A DNA stretch of 18,266 nucleotides from Zygophlyctis sp. KS116 (GCA_054661495.1 BAAFSQ010000199.1:1-18266); one strand, 5' to 3'; positions 1 to 12,183 are shown, numbered from the stretch's first letter. The notes: generated by a model from the sequence alone, not told the origin. Translations and numbers: made by a program.

Positions 1-22
1 AACCAATTAAATACGGCTCCTC

Positions 23-2740
23 TTAGTGTCTTTTGCCAAGACTGAATAAAGTGCTTAATCTTTTTCCTTCTTGGAATTTTGTTTTTTCTTTATCAGTCTC
101 TTGAGGCGGTTGCATAGCTGGCATACTAACTGCAGAATCTTTATCTTTCACGATTCTAGATTTACTTGAATTATTTGGCAACTGAGAAGTATTTGAGGAT
201 TGTAGAGGAACGATTTGAGTTCCAATCTTCTTTTGAAATAAATCAATTACAACAACTTGCTCAGCTCGTTTAAGACCTTTTAATTCCAGGATCTTTTGTA
301 ATTGGCCAAGATTTTGGTCAGTATACAATCTCAGATATGTTTCGACTATTCCTTCAGGAGGATCATGGGATCGACTGACCACTTTCAGAAGCTGTTCGCA
401 GTTTGAAATTCCCTTTGTGAGTATCTTACTATACCTAAAAATAAATATTCATGAGTTACGTTGCAGAGACCTGAATCTTTTCGTTTTGTCCCAAATTCGC
501 CATTTTAGTAAAGATAGACTTTAAAGCGCTAGTGTCTAGTAGCATCTATCAGTTTAGAATAAGAAGTAAGATACCTGATCAGCTCCAATTGTCGAAATAG
601 GTCGACATCTGTATATGTTGGTATAATACTTTACCAAAAATGATCTAAAATTAGTTATATGATTATTTACTCTGCAAATTTATCGCAAAATGACTTAAAG
701 AAACGTGCAGATGTTAAATATTTTCGAATATGCTGAATGTTTGTAGACAAATTAGTGCCAATTTGGTTTATAAAGTCTGACTGATCGCCTACTGAATCAA
801 TGGTATTCCAAGATTTTCGTATCATCATAGTCAAAGCTGGTTCAAGCTGCATTTCAACATAGCGAACTAAGCCCTGAAGCGCCACTCCGGATACATTCAA
901 AAAGCTTTCAGTTTCAGCTGAAAGTGAAATTTGACTTTTAAAGTTTTGATCAATAACTTCTTGAATCTTTTCTTCTAGCTGCACAGTAGTACTTGTACAA
1001 TATTCAGAAGTATTAAGAATCAAGGAGAAAATCCGAATTTCATTTTCACTGATTTGCTTTTTATGATCGTCCCTGAAATTTTAAAAGATTGAAAAATACT
1101 TTGGAAATTTACTGATCAATAAATCCGCATAATGTCTCAGCCATTTTGCAAAGACTTCGGAAAGAGCCACAAAAGGTTTACTCCGAGAATACTCTGAGAA
1201 AACTTCAAGAGTCTGTCTATAATAGTAAAACAAATCAGTACTTGAATTCAAAACCACATCTTCCTCTTCCAAGATATGTTTTGATTTGTACACATCCATC
1301 ATACCAGCCAAAGTTCTTTATATATTAGTTTAAATCTAACTTACTTGTCTTGAAAATCAATATAATGTTTTAAATAAGGTTCAAAAACATTTGATATAAT
1401 CTTATGAAACTTATTTAAATTTGTATCAGTCTGCTGGTCGGTGAAATTATTCTAAAACTATTTAATATATGATAAATACTTTTGAAGGAAACCTTTTTTC
1501 TAATTTTTCCTCAAATTCCATGGTAGTTTGAATTGCTTGAATGAGCACTTTAACATCCATTGTTGAATCTTCTCTTTTACAAATTTCAACTAATTGATCC
1601 TTTGTATCTAAACAAAATCGTTCACATAAATACTCCGCTGTACTCCAATGAAGAGGAAACAATCCAGCATGTTCTTCATCATAAGTCTTCAGTATTCTTT
1701 TTAGCCATGAAAATCTCCTAGAAATCGCATCTAAACCGGCTGCCTAAATTTAGCCAAATTTGTGTTACTTCGGGATTGCTTTTAAAAATATTACAATATT
1801 CCTTTAATTGAAGATCACAGTACCAATTAATCAATTCTTTCCTTATTTTTTAGATACAGTTAAAAAATACCTTGGATTCCCTGGAATATCCAATATTTCC
1901 AGTACCAAACACGCTTCATTCAACAAATTCGTTTGCATTTTCAATATCCCAGTATTAAAACTTGTAATCAACTTTAAATTTAAAAACCTTTTTTCAAATT
2001 CAGTTAAAATTGTAGCTTTTAGCTCTTTTTGAAATTGATGAACACTATCATATAGCGCAGAAATCTGTTTAACTTCCTTGTAAGTCTTAAAATTTGTCAT
2101 TAGTTGCAATACAACCTTTTACTTAGCTCATGCATAAATAATTACCTGTAATAACTGAGAAACTTGCGTAAATTGTTTTCTAGATGCCATTCCTCTTAAC
2201 TGATCCATTGTAGATATCAACATTTGAAGTCGTCTTAGAACAGTGATAGATAAAGTTAAATTCCTTTTTCCAAGATCTAATTTCTTAATATCTCTGGTCA
2301 TATCTGAGACTATTTTTTCAGAGTCCGATGCTTTTTCCTTGATTGTTCTAATTCTTGCCGTCAAGTCCTATCTAGTTAAGTATTTTAAATACATTCATTG
2401 CCTCCTTTACGAGCATGATTTCCCTTTCAACTTCCAAATTTCCTTCTTGCGATAATTCCTTTAATAATATTAATGAATCCTGGTCTATTTTTTTCATTTT
2501 GATATGTAGACCATCTATTGCCTTTGATGCATGAGCAATAGATTGTTCATTAGGAAATATTAGATTAATATAATCCACCACATTGATATCATTTGCGTCT
2601 AAAGGGGAGGTTGGAGGAAAAATGTTCTGAAGAGCAATGTTTAATTCTGGATTTAGTCTCAATAACGTTTTTGCTTCATGCACATTGTCATTTGAGATTT
2701 GAGAAAGCGGTGAAGGGAGTTTATGTAGAGGAGAAGTCAT
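23..2740 (-). CDS. VPS53: Vacuolar protein sorting 53 (GARP complex subunit), multi-exon
   Basis: Consecutive minus-strand ORF pieces carry Vps53 motifs: PLDANDINVVDYINLIFPNEQS, DIKKLDLGKRNLTLSITVLRRLQML, VLNSSTDLFYYYRQTL, VGDQSDF, KILELKGLKRAEQ. Introns checked by hand: 2368-2392 (25 nt) and 2116-2145 (30 nt). Not every junction was verified. Confidence 0.95.
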
Positions 2741-2787
2741 GACGCGAAGCGGATGTCCGAAACTTTTTGCAGATCAAATCATTGAAT

Positions 2788-3935
2788 TTAACGCCATTTT
2801 CTGTATTTTACAAAATCACTTAAACGCTCACAAGTACAATCTCCACAATACCATTCACCAGTAATTTCTTTTTTATAAAATTCATTAGACAATGAAACAC
2901 ATTTCCCATGGAACCAACCAATTTTACACTTGGAATTACTGCATTCGATCATTAATGAATGATCATCTGGCATTTGACAGTAGCAGTATAAAGGATCTTT
3001 AACAATATCTTGATCCATAACTAAAAGTGTCGACTTAATCTCATCTGTTTTTTCTCGAGACCCCTTGAATTTGGGTGTAACGTGGGGTGTTACGGGACCT
3101 TTAAGTTTTTTAATTAATGGCTAGAAAAGATTTAATTATAGAAAACTCACCTTGCGCTCTTTCAATTTCAACGATTTTCCCAGAAAAGTAGTTTTGGACT
3201 TTGGCTTCGTCTTTGGTGACTCCAGATCCAAGGGTAACGCCAAGATCTCTGCATTCTTTTTCTTGAGATCCAAAACCAAGTCCACAACAACCTTCCATCT
3301 AGATTCTTTGAGTAATTCATGAATAAATTCCAAATGTTCGTTATTTTTTTTCCTGTACTCGTAGTAATGCAGTAACTGAGCATCACTTATACTATTGATT
3401 TCAAAGTTTAATGGCAAAGGTGATTTTTCATCTGATCTTGAAACACCTGAAAGCCCAAGAGGTGCTTCAAGCAATTCCACTGATAGACTAGATCTATTTG
3501 ATAATTCATTCATGGATAATGTCCCATCAACTCTAATCTGTGAAATACACGTAGATTCTGAAAGAGAATTAGAAATTTGATAATACTGTTTGACTATTAC
3601 CCATCTTTTAATAATTGATTGAAACGAATCCAAGTCAATAATTGAATAAAACTTCAATTGGAATTTACGATCATTGTATTTACCATAGAGCATTTTGTCT
3701 TTTGAATAGAAACTCAATTTGATTAATTGGACATTTAAATTGGACAAATCAATGCATTCCTTTGAGTTTTAATTTATATAATTACCAGCACAGTTTCTTT
3801 CAGAGAAACATTAATTATTGCGCTAGAATTCTGTTCTTCAACAATTGCTTTTACACAATCGGACACAGATTCCCATTTTTTGTCAAGTGGGGAAAATCTA
3901 GAATACTTTTCAATCTCCCAATAGTGTTTACTCAT
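2788..3935 (-). CDS. REC114: REC114/Rec7-like meiotic double-strand-break factor fused to a C-terminal PHD finger (about 363 aa; exons 3935-3786, 3759-3151, 3120-2788)
   Basis: ATG at 3935 gives MSKHYWEIEKYSRF...KW...VLECIDL...DRKFQLKF...IIKRWVIVK, matching remembered REC114 PH-domain signature motifs. FIHELLKESRWKVVVDLV resembles the C-terminal helical motif. Phase-0 introns 3760-3785 (GTAATT..AAG) and 3121-3150 (GTGAGT..TTTTCTAG) join all parts in frame through to the C4HC3 PHD (LYCYC..MIEC....C...WFH..C...WYCGDC). The PHD call is firm; the REC114 call is from motif memory only. Confidence 0.72.
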
Positions 3936-4175
3936 TACTAAGATTAGGAGAGGCTAAACGATATATTAAATTCGATATAAGAAATATATTAAATCCTTAA
4001 CAATGCATCATCTAATGCATGATCTGTAAATGATGCATGCCCCATAGTTATCAAAGCTTAAGTCTCATAATAGAATCTTTAATGCTAAAGTCAAGTATGT
4101 CGCATCCAATACTTGCATTATTGATGTTAACTTTAACGTTTTATTAGATCATACAAATATTATTGATTTGTAAGG

Positions 4176-7100
4176 CTATTTCCCTTCAGCAATAAAGACA
4201 CCGTCCCAATCACTTTCAGGGGGTTTAATGAGATATTTGGCAGATCTCTCCATCAATGTAGTGCACGGTCCATCTTTATATAAAACTGATCCTTTTTGGA
4301 ATTTTGTTATTGCAGCTTCAAAATTTCGACTCTTATATAATTCTAGACCTTCCTTATATATTTGTATAGCTTTGATAGTATGATCAGTAAGAGGAGTTGT
4401 TTTCTTACCGAGCAATTCAAATAATTTCACAGGTTTTGTTTTACCAGTAACAATTACAGAATCTATTTCACGTACATGGAATAGATTGCTGGTTTCAACA
4501 AAAGTATTTTCAGTAATTAAGATTTCTACTCCATATGCCTTTGTTAATCCTTCAACTCTGGATGCAAGATTAACAGTATCACCGATACAACTATATTCCA
4601 TTCGAGTTTGAGATCCAATATTCCCTGATAATACCTAAAGTTTAAATAAGAATCCTTACAATCCCTGTATTCACTCCTATTCCAATAGCTATTCCTTTTA
4701 ACCCGATTGAATTTCTGTGCTCGTTTAAAATTCTAACTGAATCTTTCATCCTCAAGGCGGCATTGCAAGAATTTACGGGATCTTCCGGAGTACCAAAGGG
4801 AACTCCAAACACTGCCATGACTGCATCTCCTATAAACTTATCTAAAATTCCTTTCTGTTACTATAAAATTGAAAATACCATGCTCTTCTATAATGGCATT
4901 TACAGCACCAGTGAAGTGCTGATTCAAAAGTTCGACAACTTCATGAGGTTCCATAGATTCAGAAATTTTTGTAAATGATCTGATGTCACTAAACAATATC
5001 GAAACATTTTTTCGGGTGCCTCCTAATGTGAAATTATTCTCTTGTAAAACCTGCTTGGCAAGTTCTGGTGACATATATCTTTATAATTAATGATAAATAC
5101 TATATTACCTTCCCAATGTCATCACGGCTTTTTTCTCAGATGAAATATCATCAAACACCAATACAAGACCATTTCTTGATGTTCCTGTTAAAGGCACAAT
5201 TTGATAATTCACAAATGTGGACTTTGCCCCCTTGATTTCATATTCTGACACAAAAATTGGTTGTCCATGTTTAAAAACTGACAAAACGTCATTCAGTAAT
5301 GTTTGGTTTTCTACTCCGATCCATTTATTAATTGGAGAATCCCTCATAATTTCCTCTGTAACTCCTATCGCATTCATAACAAATGGCCTATTCATTGATA
5401 CCTTAATCGTAAAATATTCTAAACTTACCATCCTCATTCCGTCATTTAAAGTTATAACGCAGCTAGTAATTGAAGACAAAATGCTATGCTGATATAGTCT
5501 CATTTCTTCTGTTTTTTGGAATAGTTCTGTTTTTGATAAAGCTACTGCCGCTTGAGCAGAAAATGAACTCAGCATATTTTCATCTTCCCCTGTGAATATC
5601 CCATTCTTCTTGTTGATCATCTGCGTGACTCCGATACATTCACCATCCATATTTTTAATCGGAACGCAAAGTATTGTTTTAGTTACATAACCAGTCTGTT
5701 TGTCTACATCTGAATTGAATCTACTGTCCCGATATGCATCACGAATATTAATTGATTCTATCTTTATTATTATTAATATACCTCCAGACATTAAAACACT
5801 TCCTGCTATTCCTGCGTCCATTTTGATTCTAATCTCTTCGATAGTCTCACGGCCTAATATTTTTGCTACTAATTGTTTTCGCTCTGCATCTTTTAAAAAC
5901 AAAGTACATCGATCTGCGTTCAATAACTCCTTGGCAGATTCCATAATTTTCTTTATGAGCTCATCAAAATCTAAAATAGAAGATAATGATTTAGTAGTTT
6001 CCAGCAAAACTTGTACTTTTTTTCGAGTCTCTGTAATTTTGGCTATTGAACGAGCATTTGTTAGGACAATTGTCAATGTACGAGCCAAAAGCCGCAAGAG
6101 GTATTCATCCTCCTCGTCAAAGCTCTGTGTCATTCCATTATCTCCAAACTTATTAATTAATTCCACAACTGCAAGAACTGGTTCATTTTTCAGAAATATC
6201 GGACATGCCAATATCTGTTCGGGTTTAATGTTAGTCCCGCCAATATCAACAGCAGAATGATATCGAGGAAAATTTAGAGGATCAGCGACATTAATCATCT
6301 CCTTTGTTGCAGCAGCGAAACCAACAATTCCAGAGCCAGCAGGAAATATCTTTCTAGTGCCAAGCATTTGTTCTTCTTTTTCGTTAAAGGTTTTGAGAAT
6401 CAGCTCTCCAGTATTTTGATCAACTTCATAAAATAAAATTAATTCTGCCTGCATCATTTCCTCTGTATCTGCCAAAATTTTTTTCAGAGCATCATCGAAT
6501 TCTATGTCCAGTGATGTAGAGCTAGATGCCATAAGTACTTTATCAATCTTTTCAAATTGCGTAAGAATATGCTTTAATGTTTTTACTCTATTTTCTTGAT
6601 CTGAATTTGCGAATCCTTCTAAAAAAGTTGGCTGATAATACTTTAACAATAGACCATCAATTATAGACTCGTTTTCTAATGAAACGGATCTGTCTTTCAT
6701 AGGTTCTTCCTCTATTATTTTTTGCTTCCTGGGCTTGTTGACGTTTGCATAAGATAAACGCCTGGACGCTTTGGTTTCGGAATTGGATTGTTGTATTCCT
6801 CCGTTTACTATAGACATTTTTCTGTTTAAAATAGCTGTACTTCCTCGCCTTGCTTGACTGGGTAGATCATGTGGATTGTTTGAGCGTACATTTTCCTCAT
6901 CTATCAATGCTATCATATTATACTTATAAAAAATACCTCTTGAAGTAGCAGATGCGGCCTTGAGCAAGTACGGAATTACTCCAAGTCTAGCAAAGAGTTC
7001 ATGTGACTTGTCAATGTTCTCGTATATTGATACCAGTAGAGTGGTTACAAGAGCTTGTATTTCCAAATCTTCTGAAAATGTTTTTAGTATCGGAGACAAT

Positions 7101-7923
7101 ATAATTACTGCTCTATTATCATAAAGCAGCTGCTGAAATTCCGATCCTAAATAATTAGATATTTTATTATACCAGATGATTGAAAGAGTTTATGCATTTC
7201 TTGTAAATGCTTCAAAACCGTCGGAAAGCTTTGATCAGTATCAGTTAGCTTTAATAATAATTCGCATAATTTCTTTTCTGTTAAACCATCATCTTCATCT
7301 TCTGATAATTTTTCAAGTTTTTCAGGTCTGGAAAGCTTGGAATTACTGGTATGATGTGACGCTGGGGATGGAAGCGGAGATAGTTCCTACATGTAAATCA
7401 TAAAAATAATTACATCTTCCTTAAGTGCTGATAAGCGATCTGATGGTGTTGAATTCGGTGATTTATTTTCGCCCCGTACCAATTCGGACACATTAATATT
7501 TGGTCGATTTTTCTGCTTGTTTTGCTTAATTTTGGAATAATATCCTGAAAAATGAGCTCCTAGTGGATATGTAGAATGTTGGATTGTATGAGCAGGTAAT
7601 GCTGGAGATATTTGAGGTGAAACTTCTGGTGATGCATGAAAGGGACCTGTCTGAATATTTCTTGAAATATTCATTGGTAGATTTTTGGATAGAGGGCCTT
7701 GAGTCCAACCGCTAATATCAGGCGAATCTGATCTAGAATTGCTGAAATATTTTGTTTGGATTGTCGAAATTTCCCTTGTCTTATTAGCCTTTTTGGGAGA
7801 TCTTAGAGTTGATCTGAATGCAGAGCCTGCGATCGCAGACTTTTCTTTATCTTTCAAATGTGCGTCTACATCTATCGACATTGTATGCAATTGAGCCTTT
7901 AAGGAGGCCGCATTATCAATCAT
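4176..7923 (-). CDS. Class III adenylate cyclase: low-complexity/helical N-terminus, tandem GAF, PAS-like, catalytic domain and TPR-like tail; start codon uncertain
   Basis: Spliced catalytic motifs ILFSDIRSFT, GILDKFIGDAVMAVFG, GIGVNTG, GNIGS and EYSCIGDTVNLASRVEG. Two GAF domains have NKxnFxxxDE motifs (LINK..FDEEDE; MINKKNGIFTGEDE). The upstream 7387-7953 ORF joins in frame through 27-nt and 26-nt introns. Confidence 0.92.
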
Positions 7924-8116
7924 GTCACTTTGATATTTGTTTGCTGTCGTCACTCCTTGATATCTCCGAAAAATCAGTTTCCATACATGTATTAGTAGCA
8001 GTTAGATCTCAAACAGTTCAATTAAAGAATTCCAGTTATTCTATTTTTGCATTAATGCTACAGTACAAGTATTTTGCTAAACTTTACAAATTCCCGATGA
8101 ATTCAGTCGGACATTA

Positions 8117-10631
8117 ATGAATTTTAGATCTGATCGCAGAAAGTTATGTCCTCAAAAGACAATTAAAACTAAAGCCAAAAAATCTGCATTAGAAGCTGCT
8201 CGATCGCCCATAAATATCAAGTATGAAGGTATTATTCTACCAATTGTAGAGGAAGATTTACCAAAATCTAGGTATATATTATCCACCTGAAATAAAGCTG
8301 TTTAGCTAAAATGGTTCATACTTCAACCACATACAAATTACTCCAGGAATTATCATTGATCTCTGAAAGGATTCTATCAATTGATTCATATCGTGATCGA
8401 GATAAATTAGATTATACCATCGATGCATTAGGAATGATATTGAAAGGAGCTATGAAAAGTTTATCAGGATTTTTTAGTCAAATCAGTTATAAAGTTCCAG
8501 ATATTAAAATCGGAAAAAGTAATGAAAGGATAATAGGACTAGAAGCAAAGTTATCTAATCTTGTTAGAATTGTAAGCGGTACTTTTGAAATGTTTGGCAG
8601 TTTGGTGAATTATGATTTTGAAACCCAAAAGAAATTACAAACTATTATGATTGAATATAGAGAAATCGAAGAGCAAGTCGGATTAATGAAACAAGTACTA
8701 TCACAATTTAACCCAAATACTTTAACGGGGCCAGTTTATCTGACAGTTAAAAAGGAATTAAAAATTAAGACTGAAGTAATATATATGATAGTCTTAAAAT
8801 TAGGTGAAAGACAATGATTGTCAGACTGATAGAGAAACTGAAACCCCCATTAAAAATACAGTGGCCCAATCAAAAAACTCAATCACGGTTAATCAATCCG
8901 ACGATTCCGAATCTCTAGACTTGGATTTAAAGAATGAATACCATAAATTAAAATTCGATCATGTAGAACTTGTAGAAAAGTATGCTTTGCTCTTAAAAAA
9001 CTCTGAAAAGCATTTGACTGAAAATATTTTTTTAGAAAATCAACTTAAAATTGCCCAAAGTAATATACAACAAGAAATCGAATCACTAAAAAAGGAAAAT
9101 TCAAGGACACGTAAGACTTATTTTAGTCTAAGAGATTTAGAGGATGAATTAAAAGTTTTGCATGAAAATCTCAAGCGTTCACAATCAGAGATATTAAAAT
9201 TATCAATTGAAAAACAAGACATTGAAAATCAGTTGAAAGTCTCTGAAATTCAAAATTTAGAAAAACAGGAATTCATAGAAAATCAAAATGTTCAGACTCA
9301 AGAATTGATAAAACAATCAGATATTCTCTCTAACCAACTTTCCAGCCTGCAAAATGATTTAGAAACCGAAAAATCTATTTTAGCCGAAAACCGCAGACAC
9401 TTTAATCTAGAAATTCAGAAGTCAACAGTCATTGTGAAAGCCCTACAGACTTCTAATCTAGAACAAGAGGTATATTTCAACTTTTTTAAACCAAGGAACA
9501 TATCAAAACCTTGGAAAAAAGTCTTGCAGATGCTAATTCCAATGCAGCGTTTTTGCAATCGTACATTAATTCTTTAAAAGAGACTGAAGCTCTTATTTCT
9601 AATCTGGAAATCGAAGATTTTGATATAAAATCCCAGACTCAACTATTGGAAAATAATTCTTTACTTTATCTTCTTTCTCAAAAAACACAAGCTCTACGAT
9701 CTTTGAAATTAAAAGATCTCAAAAATTGTGATAATCTTGCTATAAAAGAGTCTGAAACAGAATTTGAACTAGAAAGAGTTCCTTTTAAATTTTTTGAATG
9801 GCATGAAGACATTTTACAAAAGCTAGAAATAGAATTCAATGTAATTTTTATAAAACTTATGAATAGACTCAAATTTCAGACTCAAAAGACTCATTCAAGA
9901 CTAGTTTTAGACTTTTAAAGGAAAAAGAATATCAAATATATGGACTTGAATCTGAAAAAAGCATACTTATTCGGGAAATTGATGACTTAAAATCTCAAAT
10001 TCAAGAATATCAAGAAAATATTCAAGACAAATCCATTAAATTTGAAAACATTACAGTCAAACTAAAGAATTTGGAATCTGAAATTTCAAATGCAACTGCA
10101 CAAATTTCAATTAAAGACCAAGAATTCAGAATTGCAACTTTTAAATTTCAAGAATCAGAATCTCTATTAAAACTTGAATTACATAAAACTCTAAAATTAA
10201 ACTCTGAAATGGAAAAAACAATCTCAATGTCTGCCTCAAATCAAAATGTTTTACTTGATCGAATTCATTCTCTAAAGAGTGAACTTGATGCTTCCAAAGC
10301 CTCTATACAAAACTTTACTGATACAATTAATCAACTTGAAAGAGAAAATCAAGAATTAATCTCTATTAAAAAAGAACAAGAATCTCTCATAAATTCATTA
10401 ACAGAATCTTTTGTCTCTGATACACAAGATATTCAAGAAATTCAAAAAACAATTCAAGGAAACAATTACATGATCTTATATTTGGAACGTAAAAATTACG
10501 ACTTGAGAAAACGCATTCTCAAATCTTGCCAATCTTTAAAAAAAACTGTACGGATATCTGATCCTCAAACCCTGTATGAAAAATCATTAGTGTCAAAGGC
10601 TACTCTCCTACTGAATTCTAGTAGTACATAA
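8117..10631 (+). CDS. Uncharacterised long coiled-coil protein, multi-exon
   Basis: ATG 8117 (MNFRSDRRK...) splices in frame to the 8311 ORF. Consecutive E/K/L/Q-rich heptad ORFs overlap at short GT..AG segments. No family recognised, and a single gene is assumed. Confidence 0.6.
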
Positions 10632-10736
10632 TAGAATCTGTGTATAATTAGAGCTATAAGTGAATGTCCGACCGACTGACCGACCGACGGAGAATGACTG
10701 AGTCCAGGTGGAAAATTTCGCGTTTTGCATTGTAAA

Positions 10737-11098
10737 ATGGGCGGCGGATCAAGATATCCCTATCCAAAATGGGTCTGGTCATGGTTTGGAGGCTGGTGGG
10801 CAGAGCCTGCAAATGCCAATAGAAACGCATTAGTCTCTGTCGGAATCTATACTGGAGTTTTAGCTTCTATTTGGACTTATTCAGCGTCAATCGAAGTAAT
10901 TTTTATTTTTCTAAATCTAGACTCGTCATCATTATCCAAACAGATGGATTCCTTCAATGTTATGGGGCAGAGATTTTAATGATCCTGCATTCATTGCTCA
11001 ATGGAAGGAACATTTGAAATCAAAAGATAGAGAATGGATTGAACCTTGTGCAGATTGTAAGTTACTGTATTTAATCCCAAGGGTGGCAATCGTCTTAA
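10737..11098 (+). CDS. NUUM: Mitochondrial complex I accessory subunit, NUUM (fungal)/P2 (plant)-like
   Basis: MGGGSRYPYPKWVWSWFGGWWAEPAN followed by one TM helix. Removing 25-nt introns 10896-10920 and 11057-11081 gives ...TRHHYPNRWIPSMLWGRDF...CADWWQSS*. Confidence 0.8.
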
Positions 11099-11101
11099 AT
11101 T

Positions 11102-12183
11102 CTACAAGTCTGGCTCTGAATCATTAATTAGCATCATAGCTAATAATATTACAATTATTAAAAGTAAAAGTAATAAATATGATTTTCCTAACTATTAAAT
11201 GTTTTAAATACCTTTGCTTGGAATTTCAGATAATTTTATAGTTCCATCTGCAGATCCACTTGCTAAAATTGTAGAATCATCATTAAAATCTATACAAGTG
11301 ACTGGGAATCCATGAGCTTCTTTAATCCTAGAAATACATTTTAAAGTGTCAAGTCTGTAAATGCATAAAGATAAATCAGAACATCCAAAAGCTATCAAGT
11401 CAAAACTCTTATTGACAGCATAAGCAGTCATTGGTTTACAAGACAATTTGATATACTTGAAATATTTCCAAGATTTTTTAAAATGTGAATATAAGACAAG
11501 ATATGATGCTTTTCGTGATTTCGAGTTTAATAGGATATAGAGTAAATCCTTGATAACTCTGTTATTAAGTCTTTAGAAATATACCTTGCACCTCTAAAAT
11601 CACATTTTTCAGGAAGAAATTTCAAGTCTGAATTTGTGATTTCCAGAGTTTTATCTAGACCATTTCCACCTGTAGTAGTAAATATAGTTAATCCATCTAC
11701 AATTTAGTAATTCTAAAAATTACCAATGCTGACAATTAAAAAATCATTTGAATCCTGAATGAAATTTGCATCGAAATTTTCAATAGTCGACTTAAAATTC
11801 TGTAATTTACGTAATGATGGCCATTCAAACAATATCCAAGATCCATCTGACACAAGTACTATTAATCGGTTTCCGTCATGACTAAAAACTAATTTCTTTA
11901 CAAATTCATATTCGTCAGTGAATTCAAGACTTATTTCAGAGGTAAATTCAAAGTCCGAACCGACTTTATAGATTTTAACTGAATTACCGACAGCAGCAAT
12001 TATAATCTTTTGAAAAGGATGAAATGTAGCTGCCATGACTGCATCTTGTGCAAAATTAATAGAAACTTGGAAATCATTATTATACAATTTTAGAGTATTG
12101 TTAACGCCGGCTTTGGTAGATCCACCGCCTCCGCCAATCAGCAGTTTGTCCTGAAGACAAGAAAGCGAAAAGATTGGAAACAT
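11102..12183 (-). CDS. SEC12: Sec12/PREB-like WD40 Sar1 guanine-nucleotide exchange factor
   Basis: N-terminal FPIFS...IGGGGGSTKAGVNN K-loop; last WD repeat AHGFPVTCIDF...LASGSADGT. After a 24-nt intron (11188-11211) comes a C-terminal TM helix YLLLLLLIIVILLAMMLI, with the stop at 11102. Confidence 0.9.

Noticed and set aside
23-2740. Pseudogenisation or an alternative genetic code as the cause of fragmented ORFs
   Set aside because: The breaks I checked are resolved by short GT-AG introns that restore conserved motifs under the standard code.
2788-3018. Stand-alone small PHD/ING gene
   Set aside because: It has no ING N-terminal domain, and the frame is open back to a good acceptor at 3121 that pairs in phase with a GTGAGT donor.
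5217-6260. Plus-strand ORFs of 91 and 186 aa, and similar antisense ORFs over VPS53, the coiled-coil gene, the nuclease and eIF2A
   Set aside because: They are antisense shadows of well-supported genes and have no recognisable motifs.
10665-10690. CRISPR-like or telomeric repeat
   Set aside because: It is only ~25 bp of degenerate 4-nt periodicity with no spacers.
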